The notes below the pieces were generated by a model. The model made no database searches. It was not told the DNA's origin and saw only the letters and a program-made list of their open reading frames with translations. From contig JBGARZ010000020.1 of assembly GCA_044229975.1 (NCBI GenBank), positions 1-64,000 on the forward strand: a DNA stretch of 64,000 nt, read 5' to 3'. The translations under genes were made by a program, and so were the position numbers. Of the stretch, positions 8,117 to 17,695 are shown piece by piece (the stretch's first letter is position 1; each line of letters begins with the position of its first letter). Source of the stretch: Polyangiales bacterium (lineage in GTDB: Bacteria > Myxococcota_A > Polyangia > Polyangiales > Ga0077539).

Positions 8117-11100
8117 GTGCGTGCGTCGTTGGTGGCGCTGTGCCTCGGGTGCGTCGGGGTGCCGGTGGACGAGGCCCCCGCGGTCGGGACAGCGCGGCTG
8201 TCGGCGCCCGTCGAACTCGTCGCGTCGCCTGCGGCGCTCGGCTTCCGCGCCGAGGCATCGGGCTGGGGCTGTGCGCCCGCGGCGCTGCGGGTGCGCGGTG
8301 ACGTCGACGGGACGGTGACCGTCGCGGCCGGTGCGCGTGGAGGCGTCGCCTTCGGGACGGTGTCGGCGGTCGCGCCGCGGGTGAAGGTCGACGCCGACGG
8401 CGCGCTCTCGATGGACCGCAACGGCGTGGTCGAGCGCTGGCGCCCGGGGGCCGACGGGGTCGAGCAGAGCTGGACCTTCGACCGCGCGCCCGCGGGCGGG
8501 GTGACGGTGCGGGTGCGCTTCGCGGGGGCCCGCTACGACGGCCCCTCGGAGGGCGGGCTGCGCTTCGTCGACGCGGAGGGCTCCGCGCTGCACTACGGCG
8601 CCGCGACCTGGGTCGACGCGCGCGGCGAGCGCACCGCGGTGATCGAGCGGGTGGAGGGCGACGCGGTGGTGCTCACGGTGCCGGGCGACGTGGTCGCGCG
8701 CTCGGCCTTCCCGGCGGTGCTCGATCCCACGATCTCGGCGGAGGTCGCGGTGGACCCCGTGCCGCTCTACGTCCAGTCGCGCACCATCGTCGGCCGCGCG
8801 TCCATCGCGTCGAGCGGCGCCGGGCAGCTCGCGGTCTGGCAGGACGATCGCGCCATCCACGGGGTCTACGCGGCGCGCATCAGCGCGGCGGGGGCGGTGC
8901 TCGATCCCGCCAACCTCCTCCTCGCACCGTATGGGACGGGGCCGGTGGTGGCGTCGGACGGGGCCGGGTACCTCGTGGCCTGGAAGGGCACCTTCGACGA
9001 GATCTACTGGTCGCGCGTAGACGCGTCGGGCGCGATGCTCGATCCGGGCGGCGTGTCGCGGGCCGGCTCGCTCCGCGGCGGCGCCCTGGCGCTCGCCTTC
9101 GACGGCACCCGGTACGTCCTGGCCTGGTCGACGCCGGGCACCTCAGCCCCCTACGGGATCCAGGTCGCGCGCATCGGGCGGGACGGCGCGCTCCTCGACC
9201 CCACGGGCGTCGTCGTGTCGTCAGGGTCGGCCGTGCGGCGCAGCCCCGCCATCGCGTCGAACGCCGCCGGGTCGCTCGTCGCGTGGGAGGACCTCCGCGA
9301 CGGCGCGTCGCCCCGCGTCTATGCAGCGCGCGTGACCCCGGCGGGCGTCGTGAGCGACCCCGATGGGCGCGTGGTGAGCCTCGCGGCGGCCAACCAGACC
9401 GTGCCCTCGGTGGCGACCGACGGGACCAGCTTCCTCGTCGGGTGGTACGCGCTCATGGGCTCCGGCTCGCGGTCCCCGGGGCCGTACGCCGCGCTGGTCG
9501 GGCCGTCGGGCGCCACGCTGTCGATCGAGGCGCTGTGGCCGACGCCAGGCACCGACCGGGGGGAGGCGCCGGTGGCGGTGGCCTTCTCCGGCGACCGCTA
9601 CCTTGCGACCTGGACGGGCGGAACCCCGGTCACGGCGCCCGGGGTGTCCTACCTGCTGCCGCGCCTCTACGCGGTGCGCGTCGGCGCGTCGGGCAACCTC
9701 CTCGACGCCGCGCCGCGCACGCCGCAGCGCATCGACGCGATCACGCCGCCCTACTACCCGAACCTCACGCAGAGCAGCGCGGTGGCGCGGGCGGGCGGCT
9801 TCCGGCTGCTGTGGGTGCTCAGGGATGGCCTCGCGCCCTACCTGCGGAGCGTCGCCACCGACCTCGACGCCGCGCCGACGGACGCGCCCGTGACGGTCGA
9901 GACGGCGCCGGTCGACCAGATCCTCCCTCAGGTGGCGGCCAGCGCGAGCGGCTACCTCGTGGGCTGGATGGACGCCGGGCCGTACCTCCCGCAGTCCTCA
10001 TTCACCCCGCGCGCGGTGCGCCTCTCGTCGGCCGGCTCGCCGCTCGACGCGCCGTTCGACCTCTCGCCGCTGGAGTACAGCGGCCCCGACAACCCCTTCG
10101 CCCTGCGGCTCGCGGCCTTCGGCACCTCCTACCTGATCGGCTGGTCGCGCCCGGTCAGCCCGGCCCTGCTGATGCGACCGGTGCCTGTGTCCGGGGCGCC
10201 CGGCGCGGTCGCGCCATCCACGGAGGGGACGATCAGGGCGCTCGCGGCCGCGCGCACCAACGCGCTCGGCCTCGTCAGCGGGGGGGCGCGCCGCTTCGGA
10301 CCGGACGGGCGGGCGCTCGACGCCTTCCCGATCGCGCTGCCCTCGCTCGCCGAGGCGGGCGTTGCTTCTGACGGGACGAACTACCTCGTCTACGGGACGA
10401 TCACGCCCCCCGCGTGCGGCGCGACCTCGAGGTGCCCGCGGATCGCGACGGTTCGCCTCAACAGCGCTGGCGACCTGCTCGACGCATCGCCCGTTCCGCT
10501 CGCGGCGTCGGCCCAGCAGTCGCCCTCGAACGGGCGCTACGAGCCCGGCGCCGCCTCCGACGGGACGCGCTACCTGCTGACGTGGAGAGGTTCGGGCCTC
10601 GGCGGCGCCAACCTCGAGATCGCTGCGGCGCGCGTCGGCGCCGACGGCGTGGCGCTGGACGCGGCCCCGATCGTCGTGTCCTCGGCGGCCAGCGCGAAGC
10701 AGTCGCCCTCGGCGGCCCACGACGGCGCGTCGTGGGTGGTGGCGTGGGGCGACTCGCGCGACGGCAACAGCGCGTACGCGGCGCGGGTGAGCGCGGCGGG
10801 CGCGGCGCTCGACCCGGCGGGTGTGGCGGTCGCCACGGGGCTCAACGAGCTGCCCGCGGTGAGGGTCGCCTCGACCGGCGACGGCCGCTCGGCGGTGGTG
10901 TACTCGCGGCGCGCCACGGTGGCGACGCCGGTGTCGGCGCGGCTGCTGGTGCGGATGCTCTCCTTCGGCGACGCGGGGACGCCGGACGCGGGGACGCCGG
11001 ACGCGGGCATGACCGATGCGGGCGTGATCGTCGCGGACTCGGGTGTTGCGGACGTCGGGACGACGGATGGCGGCGCGCCGGACGTGGCTCCGGTGGACGC

Positions 11101-11308
11101 TGGCGGGGTCAGCGACGCGAGCGCCGTGGGCGCTTCCGCAGATGCGGGCGCGCAGGACGTGGTGACGGCGGACGTGCCGACCGCTCCTCCGCCCGAGGAC
11201 GGCGGCCTCTGCGACGTCGGTGGCGCTCCGGGTGCGCGCGGCGCGAGGGGCGCTTGGGCCTTCGCGGCGCTCGGGCTCGTCGGGCTGGCTCGCCGCCGCC
11301 GCCGGTAG
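8117..11308 (+). CDS. Large surface protein with beta-propeller-like repeats and MYXO-CTERM anchor (alternative GTG start at 8081)
   Basis: Signal ending LCLGC; repeated A(S/F/T)DG..YL(V/L).W units; DAG-rich stalk; C-terminus [23 protein letters not shown]. Confidence 0.8.
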   Translation: MRASLVALCLGCVGVPVDEAPAVGTARLSAPVELVASPAALGFRAEASGWGCAPAALRVRGDVDGTVTVAAGARGGVAFGTVSAVAPRVKVDADGALSMDRNGVVERWRPGADGVEQSWTFDRAPAGGVTVRVRFAGARYDGPSEGGLRFVDAEGSALHYGAATWVDARGERTAVIERVEGDAVVLTVPGDVVARSAFPAVLDPTISAEVAVDPVPLYVQSRTIVGRASIASSGAGQLAVWQDDRAIHGVYAARISAAGAVLDPANLLLAPYGTGPVVASDGAGYLVAWKGTFDEIYWSRVDASGAMLDPGGVSRAGSLRGGALALAFDGTRYVLAWSTPGTSAPYGIQVARIGRDGALLDPTGVVVSSGSAVRRSPAIASNAAGSLVAWEDLRDGASPRVYAARVTPAGVVSDPDGRVVSLAAANQTVPSVATDGTSFLVGWYALMGSGSRSPGPYAALVGPSGATLSIEALWPTPGTDRGEAPVAVAFSGDRYLATWTGGTPVTAPGVSYLLPRLYAVRVGASGNLLDAAPRTPQRIDAITPPYYPNLTQSSAVARAGGFRLLWVLRDGLAPYLRSVATDLDAAPTDAPVTVETAPVDQILPQVAASASGYLVGWMDAGPYLPQSSFTPRAVRLSSAGSPLDAPFDLSPLEYSGPDNPFALRLAAFGTSYLIGWSRPVSPALLMRPVPVSGAPGAVAPSTEGTIRALAAARTNALGLVSGGARRFGPDGRALDAFPIALPSLAEAGVASDGTNYLVYGTITPPACGATSRCPRIATVRLNSAGDLLDASPVPLAASAQQSPSNGRYEPGAASDGTRYLLTWRGSGLGGANLEIAAARVGADGVALDAAPIVVSSAASAKQSPSAAHDGASWVVAWGDSRDGNSAYAARVSAAGAALDPAGVAVATGLNELPAVRVASTGDGRSAVVYSRRATVATPVSARLLVRMLSFGDAGTPDAGTPDAGMTDAGVIVADSGVADVGTTDGGAPDVAPVDAGGVSDASAVGASADAGAQDVVTADVPTAPPPEDGGLCDVGGAPGARGARGAWAFAALGLVGLARRRRR

Positions 11309-11357
11309 GAGCCGTTCCCCTTGCGACGCGGACGACGCCCGTGATACCCGCTCTGAC

Positions 11358-11999
11358 ATGAGCGGCGTGGCGCTGCGTACGTACATCTTCCTCGACAGCC
11401 TGCAGCCGCAGCTGGCGTCGTTCATCGGCAAGACGGCGCGGGGGTTCCTGCCCATCCCGTCGATGGCGTCGCTCTGGGTGGAAATCGCCCCGGGCATGGC
11501 CATCAACCGGGTCACCGACCTCGCCCTCAAGGCCAGCCGGGTGCAGCCCGCCGTGCAGGTGGTCGAGCGCGCCTACGGGCTCCTCGAAGTGCACCACGAG
11601 GACAAGGGGCAGGTGATGGACGCTGGCAGCGCCATCCTCGCGTCGCTCGACCTCAAGGAGGAAGACCGGCTCGCGCCCAACCTCCCGACCAACCAGGTGC
11701 TGCGCGGCGTCGAGGCGTACCAGGCGCAGATCATCAACCGAAGCTCTTCGGGCATGATGATCCTGCCGGGTGAGTCGCTGCTCATCCTGGAGACCGACCC
11801 CGCGGGGTACATCGTGCTCGCGGCCAACGAGGCCGAGAAGGCCGCCGACGTGAAGCTGGTGCACATCCAGCCGTACGGGGCCTTCGGGCGCTTGTATCTC
11901 TCCGGGCGCGAGGCCGAGATCGACGCGGCAGCCGAGGCCGCGCGGGCGGCGCTCTCCAGCGTCAAGGGCCGCAAGCAGGAGACGCGGCTCGACCGCTGA
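11358..11999 (+). CDS. Bacterial microcompartment trimeric shell protein (BMC-T, double-stacking CsoS1D/CcmP-like)
   Basis: [60 protein letters not shown] motifs. Confidence 0.95.
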   Translation: MSGVALRTYIFLDSLQPQLASFIGKTARGFLPIPSMASLWVEIAPGMAINRVTDLALKASRVQPAVQVVERAYGLLEVHHEDKGQVMDAGSAILASLDLKEEDRLAPNLPTNQVLRGVEAYQAQIINRSSSGMMILPGESLLILETDPAGYIVLAANEAEKAADVKLVHIQPYGAFGRLYLSGREAEIDAAAEAARAALSSVKGRKQETRLDR

Positions 12000-12040
12000 A
12001 CCGCACTGACTTTTATCCGACTGACCAAAGGAACCATCCA

Positions 12041-12340
12041 ATGAGCGACGCGCTGGGAATCATCGAGACGAAGGGTTTTGCGGCCGCGGTGCAGGCCGCC
12101 GACGCGATGGTGAAGGCCGCGCGGGTTCAGCTCGTCGGCTACGAGAAGGTCGGCGGGGGGTACACCTCGGTGATCGTTCGCGGGGACGTCGCCGCGGTGA
12201 AGGCCGCGACCGAGGCGGGCCAGCGCGAGGCCGAGCGCGTGGGCGAGACGGTGAGCGTGCTCATCATCCCGCGGCCGCACGCCAACATCGACGAGATCCT
12301 GCCGCTGGGCCGCGGCGCCGCGAAGCCCTCCGGCGCCTGA
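12041..12340 (+). CDS. Bacterial microcompartment hexameric shell protein (BMC-H, PF00936)
   Basis: [45 protein letters not shown] upstream. Confidence 0.97.
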   Translation: MSDALGIIETKGFAAAVQAADAMVKAARVQLVGYEKVGGGYTSVIVRGDVAAVKAATEAGQREAERVGETVSVLIIPRPHANIDEILPLGRGAAKPSGA

Positions 12341-12353
12341 GAGACGCTGCCCG

Positions 12354-12641
12354 ATGCTCATCGCTCGCGTCACCGGAACGCTCGTCGCCAGCCGCAAGGA
12401 GCCCACGCTCGACGGGCTCAAGCTCCTGGTGGTGCGCGGTTGTGACGTTCACGGCGAGCCCACCGGGGCGCCGCTGGTCGCCGCCGACGCCGTGGGCGCG
12501 GGCATCGGCGAGGTGGTGCTCATCGCAGCGGGCAGCTCGGCGCGCCAGACCGAGGCGACGAAAGATCGCCCGGTCGACGCGGTGATCATGGCGATCGTCG
12601 ATGCGCTCGACGTCGGCAGCGACACCACCTTCAAGAAGTAA
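12354..12641 (+). CDS. Bacterial microcompartment pentameric vertex protein (BMC-P, EutN/CcmL family, PF03319)
   Basis: [43 protein letters not shown]. Confidence 0.96.
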   Translation: MLIARVTGTLVASRKEPTLDGLKLLVVRGCDVHGEPTGAPLVAADAVGAGIGEVVLIAAGSSARQTEATKDRPVDAVIMAIVDALDVGSDTTFKK

Positions 12642-12747
12642 CGGCGCGGGGAGCGCACGATCATCCACGCAGGTCGCCGCCCAAAAGGGATTGTGGCGAT
12701 CTGGTTGGATTGACGCGTGCGACACGATGTCCCAGCAGAGGGGAACG

Positions 12748-14004
12748 ATGAAGTTCGTCCGTCGATCGATCGGGGTGCTGCTGTGCGTGGTCGGCTGCGT
12801 GGGGGTGGACTCCGACGCCGACTCCATCGAGCAGGCGCTGACCGTGTGTCCCGAGCGCGTGACGCGCGACTCGCGCGGCGAGCCTCGCAACGCGGCGGGC
12901 CAGGTGCGCTACTGCTGGCCGGGCGAGGCGAAGTGCTTCTGCGACAGGGACAACGACTGCTACGCCGAGAGCGGCTACGTCGCGTGCCAGCCGCCGGGCG
13001 CCGATGCGGGCACGACCCTCGACGCGGGTCCGCGCGACACCGGAGTGAGTGACCGGGGTCCGCTCGATACGGGTCCGCGTGACACTGGACCGCGTGACAC
13101 CGGCCCGGTGGATACGGGTCCTCGTGACACCGGGGTCGTCGACACGGGGCCGCGCGACAGCGGCGGCGGAACGACTCCGCCAGCGGACACCGTGAGCTAC
13201 ACGGGGAGCTTCGCGGTGCGCAACGGTCGCTCGCGGGCAGTGCTGCGCGTGGCGGGCCTCGACCGCGACGTCACGGTGTACCTCCCGTCGTCACGCAGCG
13301 CGGCACCGGCGCTGGTGCTGGGCTTCCACGGCACCAACGGGTCGGGCGACGTGATGCTCGACGAGAGCGGGGCGCGCACGATGGCCGACCGCAACGGGGT
13401 GGTGTTCATCGCGCCGGACTCGCGGTGGATGCCGCGCGGCGACTGGGACCACGCGACCGAAGAGACCTACTGGGAGACCTCGCCCAGCACCAACCCCAAC
13501 ACCAACCCCGACCTGCTGCTCGTGCGGGCGATCATCATGGAGGCGCAGCGGCGCTTCGGCGTCGACCCGCGGCGCGTCTACGCGATGGGGCACTCCAACG
13601 GAGGGTTCTTCGCGGAGCTGGTGGCCACGCAGATCACGTCGCGCATCGCGGGCTTCGCGACGAGCTCGGCGGGCCTCGTGCGGTGCGCCACCACGACGTC
13701 GTGCCGCTTCCAGGGCAGCGGGACGACCTGCGCGTCGCTGCGCACCCAGTCGGGCTGGTGCAACTGCACCGGCACCGACAAGCCGGGACCCATCCCGACG
13801 AGCGGCCGCATCCCGCCGGGGTACCTCGCGCACGGGACGCGCGACCCGCTGGTGTCGGTGCAGTACACGTGCGCGCTGGCCGAGCGCATGGCGACGGCTG
13901 GAGCGACCACGTCGGTGGTCCTTCGCAACGGCGACGGGCACGTACTGCCCTCGACCTTCGCGCTCGACGCGTGGTCGTTTTTGTCACCGTTGCGGCTGCC
14001 GTGA
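12748..14004 (+). CDS. Lipoprotein with Cys-rich N-terminal module and LpqC/PHB-depolymerase-like esterase domain
   Basis: Lipobox VVGC; LVLGFHG, VDPRRVYAMGHSNGG nucleophile elbow, HGTRDPLV, GDGH; GAGGGG RBS. Confidence 0.85.
   Translation: MKFVRRSIGVLLCVVGCVGVDSDADSIEQALTVCPERVTRDSRGEPRNAAGQVRYCWPGEAKCFCDRDNDCYAESGYVACQPPGADAGTTLDAGPRDTGVSDRGPLDTGPRDTGPRDTGPVDTGPRDTGVVDTGPRDSGGGTTPPADTVSYTGSFAVRNGRSRAVLRVAGLDRDVTVYLPSSRSAAPALVLGFHGTNGSGDVMLDESGARTMADRNGVVFIAPDSRWMPRGDWDHATEETYWETSPSTNPNTNPDLLLVRAIIMEAQRRFGVDPRRVYAMGHSNGGFFAELVATQITSRIAGFATSSAGLVRCATTTSCRFQGSGTTCASLRTQSGWCNCTGTDKPGPIPTSGRIPPGYLAHGTRDPLVSVQYTCALAERMATAGATTSVVLRNGDGHVLPSTFALDAWSFLSPLRLP
13021..13161 (+). repeat. Imperfect 15-bp coding repeats encoding DTGP(R/V) linker
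   Basis: DAGPR DTGVS DRGPL DTGPR DTGPR DTGPV DTGPR DTGVV DTGPR DS in frame. Confidence 0.85.
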
Positions 14005-14045
14005 CACGGATGGACGTCGCGTTCTGAAGGCCCAAGACACTCGCC

Positions 14046-14303
14046 ATGAAGACGAGTGCTGTCTTGATGGTGTTGTTGTTGGGTTGCTCGTCGGCGCAGC
14101 GACCCGAGTCGAACATTCCGGCCGAGGCGCGGCCGCTCTGGGAGCAGTGCAGCCGGGCGCTCAACGACTGGTGCCACCGGCAGGGGCAGGGCGACCCGAC
14201 GCTCGACCGCGACTGCGAGGCCAACACCGCGCGCGACTACGCGGCGCTCACCAACGAAGCGGCGAGGCGGCAGTACCTCGCGGCGCACGCCTGCTCGCTG
14301 TGA
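14046..14303 (+). CDS. Small Cys-containing lipoprotein
   Basis: Lipobox LLGC; four further Cys in a short mature region. Confidence 0.75.
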   Translation: MKTSAVLMVLLLGCSSAQRPESNIPAEARPLWEQCSRALNDWCHRQGQGDPTLDRDCEANTARDYAALTNEAARRQYLAAHACSL

Positions 14304-14331
14304 TCGTTCGGCCCATTGCGCATCTCGCGGG

Positions 14332-15912
14332 CTAGACCGGGCGACCGGCGCGCAGGGCCTCGCGCACCGCGGCGGTGACCTGAGCGTCGGCCGTGCGCTG
14401 GGCGGCGCTGCGTCGGGTGAGCGCCGCGAGCGGGACGCGCATCCGTTCGTTGGTCCGTAGGCGGTCGGCGTTGCGCGCGAGGAAGTCCCAGTACATCGGC
14501 GTGACGGGGCAGGCGCGCGCTGCGTTCTTGCCCGTCGGGTCGAAGCGACAGCCGCGGCAGAAGTCGCTCATGCGATGCAGGTACGCCGCGCCCGAGACAT
14601 ACGGCTTGGTGGTCATCAGGTCGCCAACGGCGAAGGTTCCCATGGCCAGCACGTTGGGCTCGACCACCCAGTCGTACGCGTCCACGTACGCAAACCAGAA
14701 CCAGTCCGTGAGCGCGCGCGGCGACACCCCGATGAGCGTCGCGAGGTTGGCCAACACCATGAGCCGCTCGATGTGGTGCGAGTGCCCGCTCTGCCACACG
14801 CGGTTCACCACCGTGTCGAGGCACCGCAGCCCCGACGGCGCCTCGCCCAGGTACGCCGCGGGCAAGGGCTCACCCGCCGCGAGGAAGTCCGGCGCGCCCG
14901 TCGCCTCGACGCTCGTGAACCCGCGGGTCTCGCGGTGCACGTGGCGGACAAACTCCCGCCAGCCGAGCACCTGCCGCACGAAGCCCTCGGTGCTCGCGAG
15001 ACCGATGGCGCCCGCCCGGTGTGCCGCGACCACGTCGTCGATGAGCCTGCGCGGGAGCAGGCGTGACAGGTTGAGCGGGGCCGAGACCAGGGAGTGGAAG
15101 AGGGCAGGCTCCGCCGCGCTCATGGCGTCTTCGTAGGGGCCAAACATCGGGAGCGCGTGTCGCAGGGCGTGCTGCCAGAGAGCCTCGGCGTCGTCGGCCG
15201 AGCAGGGGAGGTCGAAGCCGTCGAGGGCGCCCCACGCGCCAGGGAAGCGCGCCGCGACGAGGTCGAGCACCTCGCGGGTGATCGCGTCGGGCGCGACGGC
15301 GTAGCGCGACGGCGCCGGCGGATCACCCCGCCATGGGAGACGGTTGTCCCCGTCGTGGGAGAAGCGCCCGCCCTCGGGACGATCGCCGCGCATGAGCAGC
15401 CCCGTGCGGCGACGGACGTGGCGATAGAAGGCGTCCATGCGCCACGGAGGGGCGTCGCCCGCGCCCTCGCGGAAGTCGTCGGCGGTGGTGGCCCAGGTCT
15501 CGTTGGGGACCACGGCGAGGCCCTCCACCGTCGCGAGCCCGTCGCGCAGGCCGCGCTCCGCGGGCTCCATCACGGACACCCCTGCGAGTCCGTGGCGGGC
15601 GATGGTGTCGCGCAGCAGCTCGGCGAAGCCCGCGTCGCCGCCGCGATAGATCACCCGGAAGCCACGCGCGGCGAGTTCGAGCGCGAAGTGCCGCACGTTG
15701 GAGAGCACCAGCGCGAGCTTCTTGCGATGGTAGGGGCGCTCTCGCGGGCGAGCGCGCGACTCCAGCATCACCACGCCGTGGGTGGACGGGTCGGCCGCGG
15801 CGAGCGGGCCCACCGCGGTGGTGAGCTGATCGTAGGGAACGTAGACCCAGCGCCGCGACGACACCTCGTCGGGGCGAGGCAGGGCCGCGCGAATCTGCTC
15901 ACGGAAGTCCAT
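14332..15912 (-). CDS. Cryptochrome/photolyase family protein, FeS-BCP (CryPro, PhrB/CryB-like)
   Basis: YDQL, YHRKKL, WRMDAFYR, FGPYEDAM, EGFVRQVLGWREF, HHIERLMV, DAYDWV, KPYVSG; four Cys (LRCL, FCRGC, ACP). Confidence 0.93.
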   Translation of the reverse strand: MDFREQIRAALPRPDEVSSRRWVYVPYDQLTTAVGPLAAADPSTHGVVMLESRARPRERPYHRKKLALVLSNVRHFALELAARGFRVIYRGGDAGFAELLRDTIARHGLAGVSVMEPAERGLRDGLATVEGLAVVPNETWATTADDFREGAGDAPPWRMDAFYRHVRRRTGLLMRGDRPEGGRFSHDGDNRLPWRGDPPAPSRYAVAPDAITREVLDLVAARFPGAWGALDGFDLPCSADDAEALWQHALRHALPMFGPYEDAMSAAEPALFHSLVSAPLNLSRLLPRRLIDDVVAAHRAGAIGLASTEGFVRQVLGWREFVRHVHRETRGFTSVEATGAPDFLAAGEPLPAAYLGEAPSGLRCLDTVVNRVWQSGHSHHIERLMVLANLATLIGVSPRALTDWFWFAYVDAYDWVVEPNVLAMGTFAVGDLMTTKPYVSGAAYLHRMSDFCRGCRFDPTGKNAARACPVTPMYWDFLARNADRLRTNERMRVPLAALTRRSAAQRTADAQVTAAVREALRAGRPV

Positions 15913-16035
15913 CGGTGGACGGTTGGATGCTCCGAGTGGCGTGCGGTCTCTGGGCCTCAACGACCGCTGCGCTCGTTGACCCCCCACTCGCCTGCGACCT
16001 GCCGACGCGCAACGACCTTGAGGGCGATGGCTCTA

Positions 16036-16866
16036 TCAACCCAGGTCGGCGCCGCGCGACGCCAGCACGATGCCCTGGAAGCGAAATGCCCGCTCGCGCT
16101 CGTAGGTGCCGGTGACGTCGAGCGTGGCCTCGTCGAAGGTGAGCGCGCGCACGCGGCGGAAGCCCTCTTCGACCAGCAACGGCAGCGGGTAGTCCAGGCC
16201 GAAGCGCAGCGGCTCCCCGAGGTCGGCGACGAAGACCCTCGACTGGTCGTCGCGCGGGTCGCGCACATCGCCGCGTACGATCTTCTTGCGCATGTGGTCG
16301 AACATCACCACCGAGCCGGCGTGGGTGCCGTGCGCGATGCGACGGAGCGTGGCGCGCACCGCGGCCTCGGTGAGGTACGGCGTCACGCCCTCCCAGACGA
16401 AGACCGCGGGCGCCTCGACGGAGAAGCCGCGCGCGGTGAGGCGGTCGAGGAAGTCCTCGTGCTCGAAGTCGCAGGTGACGTACGCGGCGCTCTCGATGGG
16501 ATAGCCGTCGAGCGCACGGAGACGCGCGAGCTTCTCGGCCTGGCTCGCGCCCTGGTCGACCTCGAAGAAGCGCACGCCAGGACGGGCGAGGCGCGCCGCG
16601 CGGGTGTCGAAGCCCGCGCCGAGGAGCACCACCTGCGCGACGCCAGCGGCCGTGAAGCGTCGCACGCGCTCGTCGAGGAAGGCGGTGCGGACGGCGGTCC
16701 AGAGTTCCATGTGGGGGAAGACGGCGTCGTAGGCGGTGGCGATGGACTCGCCTTCTTCGCCCGCGAGCGCGGCGGCCCAGGGGTCATGGCACACGGGCTC
16801 CGAACGGGCGGTGCTCCGTGCCCGGTAGGCGGCCACCATCAACGCGGTTCGGCTGGCGGCGCGCAT
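16036..16866 (-). CDS. SAM-dependent methyltransferase, LCM/TIGR00027-like
   Basis: SRTALMVAAYRA, DPWA, RTAFLD, QVVLLGAGFDTRA, FFEVD, WEGVTPYL. Confidence 0.9.
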   Translation of the reverse strand: MRAASRTALMVAAYRARSTARSEPVCHDPWAAALAGEEGESIATAYDAVFPHMELWTAVRTAFLDERVRRFTAAGVAQVVLLGAGFDTRAARLARPGVRFFEVDQGASQAEKLARLRALDGYPIESAAYVTCDFEHEDFLDRLTARGFSVEAPAVFVWEGVTPYLTEAAVRATLRRIAHGTHAGSVVMFDHMRKKIVRGDVRDPRDDQSRVFVADLGEPLRFGLDYPLPLLVEEGFRRVRALTFDEATLDVTGTYERERAFRFQGIVLASRGADLG

Positions 16867-16900
16867 GTTGGCGGCGAAGGTACCGCGGTAGGCTCGCGCG

Positions 16901-17614
16901 ATGTTGCTCCCCACGACCATGGTCGGTTCGTACCCGCGGCCCTCGTGGTTTCGACACCAGCTCGAAGGGCGCGACGTGCTCGACGCCTTCAAGGTCACCT
17001 ATCACGCCGAGGCCTTCGAGGACGCCGTGCGCACCGTGCTGCGCGACCGGGAGCTCGCGGGCCTCGACCTGCCCACCGACGGTCGGTGAACTCGTCGAGG
17101 CGGGCTGTCAGCACGTGCAGTTGGAAGACCTCGGCGCGTGGATCCCCAACCTGAGCGGCGAGAAGGACTTCAAGTGGGTCTCCGACGTGTTGGCGCGCAC
17201 GCTCGCGGGGACCACCGTCGCGACCTCGTGGCACTTCTGCCTGGCAACGTGTGGGGCAACACGATGAAGGGCATGACCGCGGGCGGCTATCCGGAGATCC
17301 TGCCGCGGTACTTCGACGTGCCGGTGGGGCAGTTCGTGCTCGATTTTGCGTGCCGCGAGATGGAGGGCGTCGAGGTGCTGCGCGAGCTGCCGAAGGACAA
17401 GACCGTCGCGGCGGGTGTGATCGACGTGCGCTCGCTGGAGGTCGAGGCGCCCGAGCAGGTCGCCGAGCGCATCCGGAAGGTGCTCGCGGTGATCGAGCCC
17501 GAGCGCGTGACGCTCACCACGGACTGCGGGATGAAGCAGCTCCCGCGGCCCTGCGCGGCGGCCAAGCTGCGGGCGCTGGTGCGCGGCGCGGAGATCGTTC
17601 GCGCGGAGCTGTGA
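16901..17614 (+). pseudogene. Cobalamin-independent methionine synthase II-like (single catalytic domain), disrupted
   Basis: TTMVGSYPRP..GLDLPTDG stops at 17089. ELVEAGCQHVQLED..WHFCL continues in a second frame, and GN..DFA..AGVIDV..TDCG in a third (apparent 1-nt loss near 17243). Confidence 0.8.
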
Positions 17615-17695
17615 GCGGCGGCGTCGCCGAGGCGCGGTGCCGACAACGAGGACGGCCCGCTGCCCTGGTGAGCGCCCATCACGCCGGGTGCGCGC

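Noticed and set aside
12748..14004. Esterase as microcompartment cargo
   Set aside because: It has a lipoprotein signal and many Cys, so it is exported rather than cytoplasmic.
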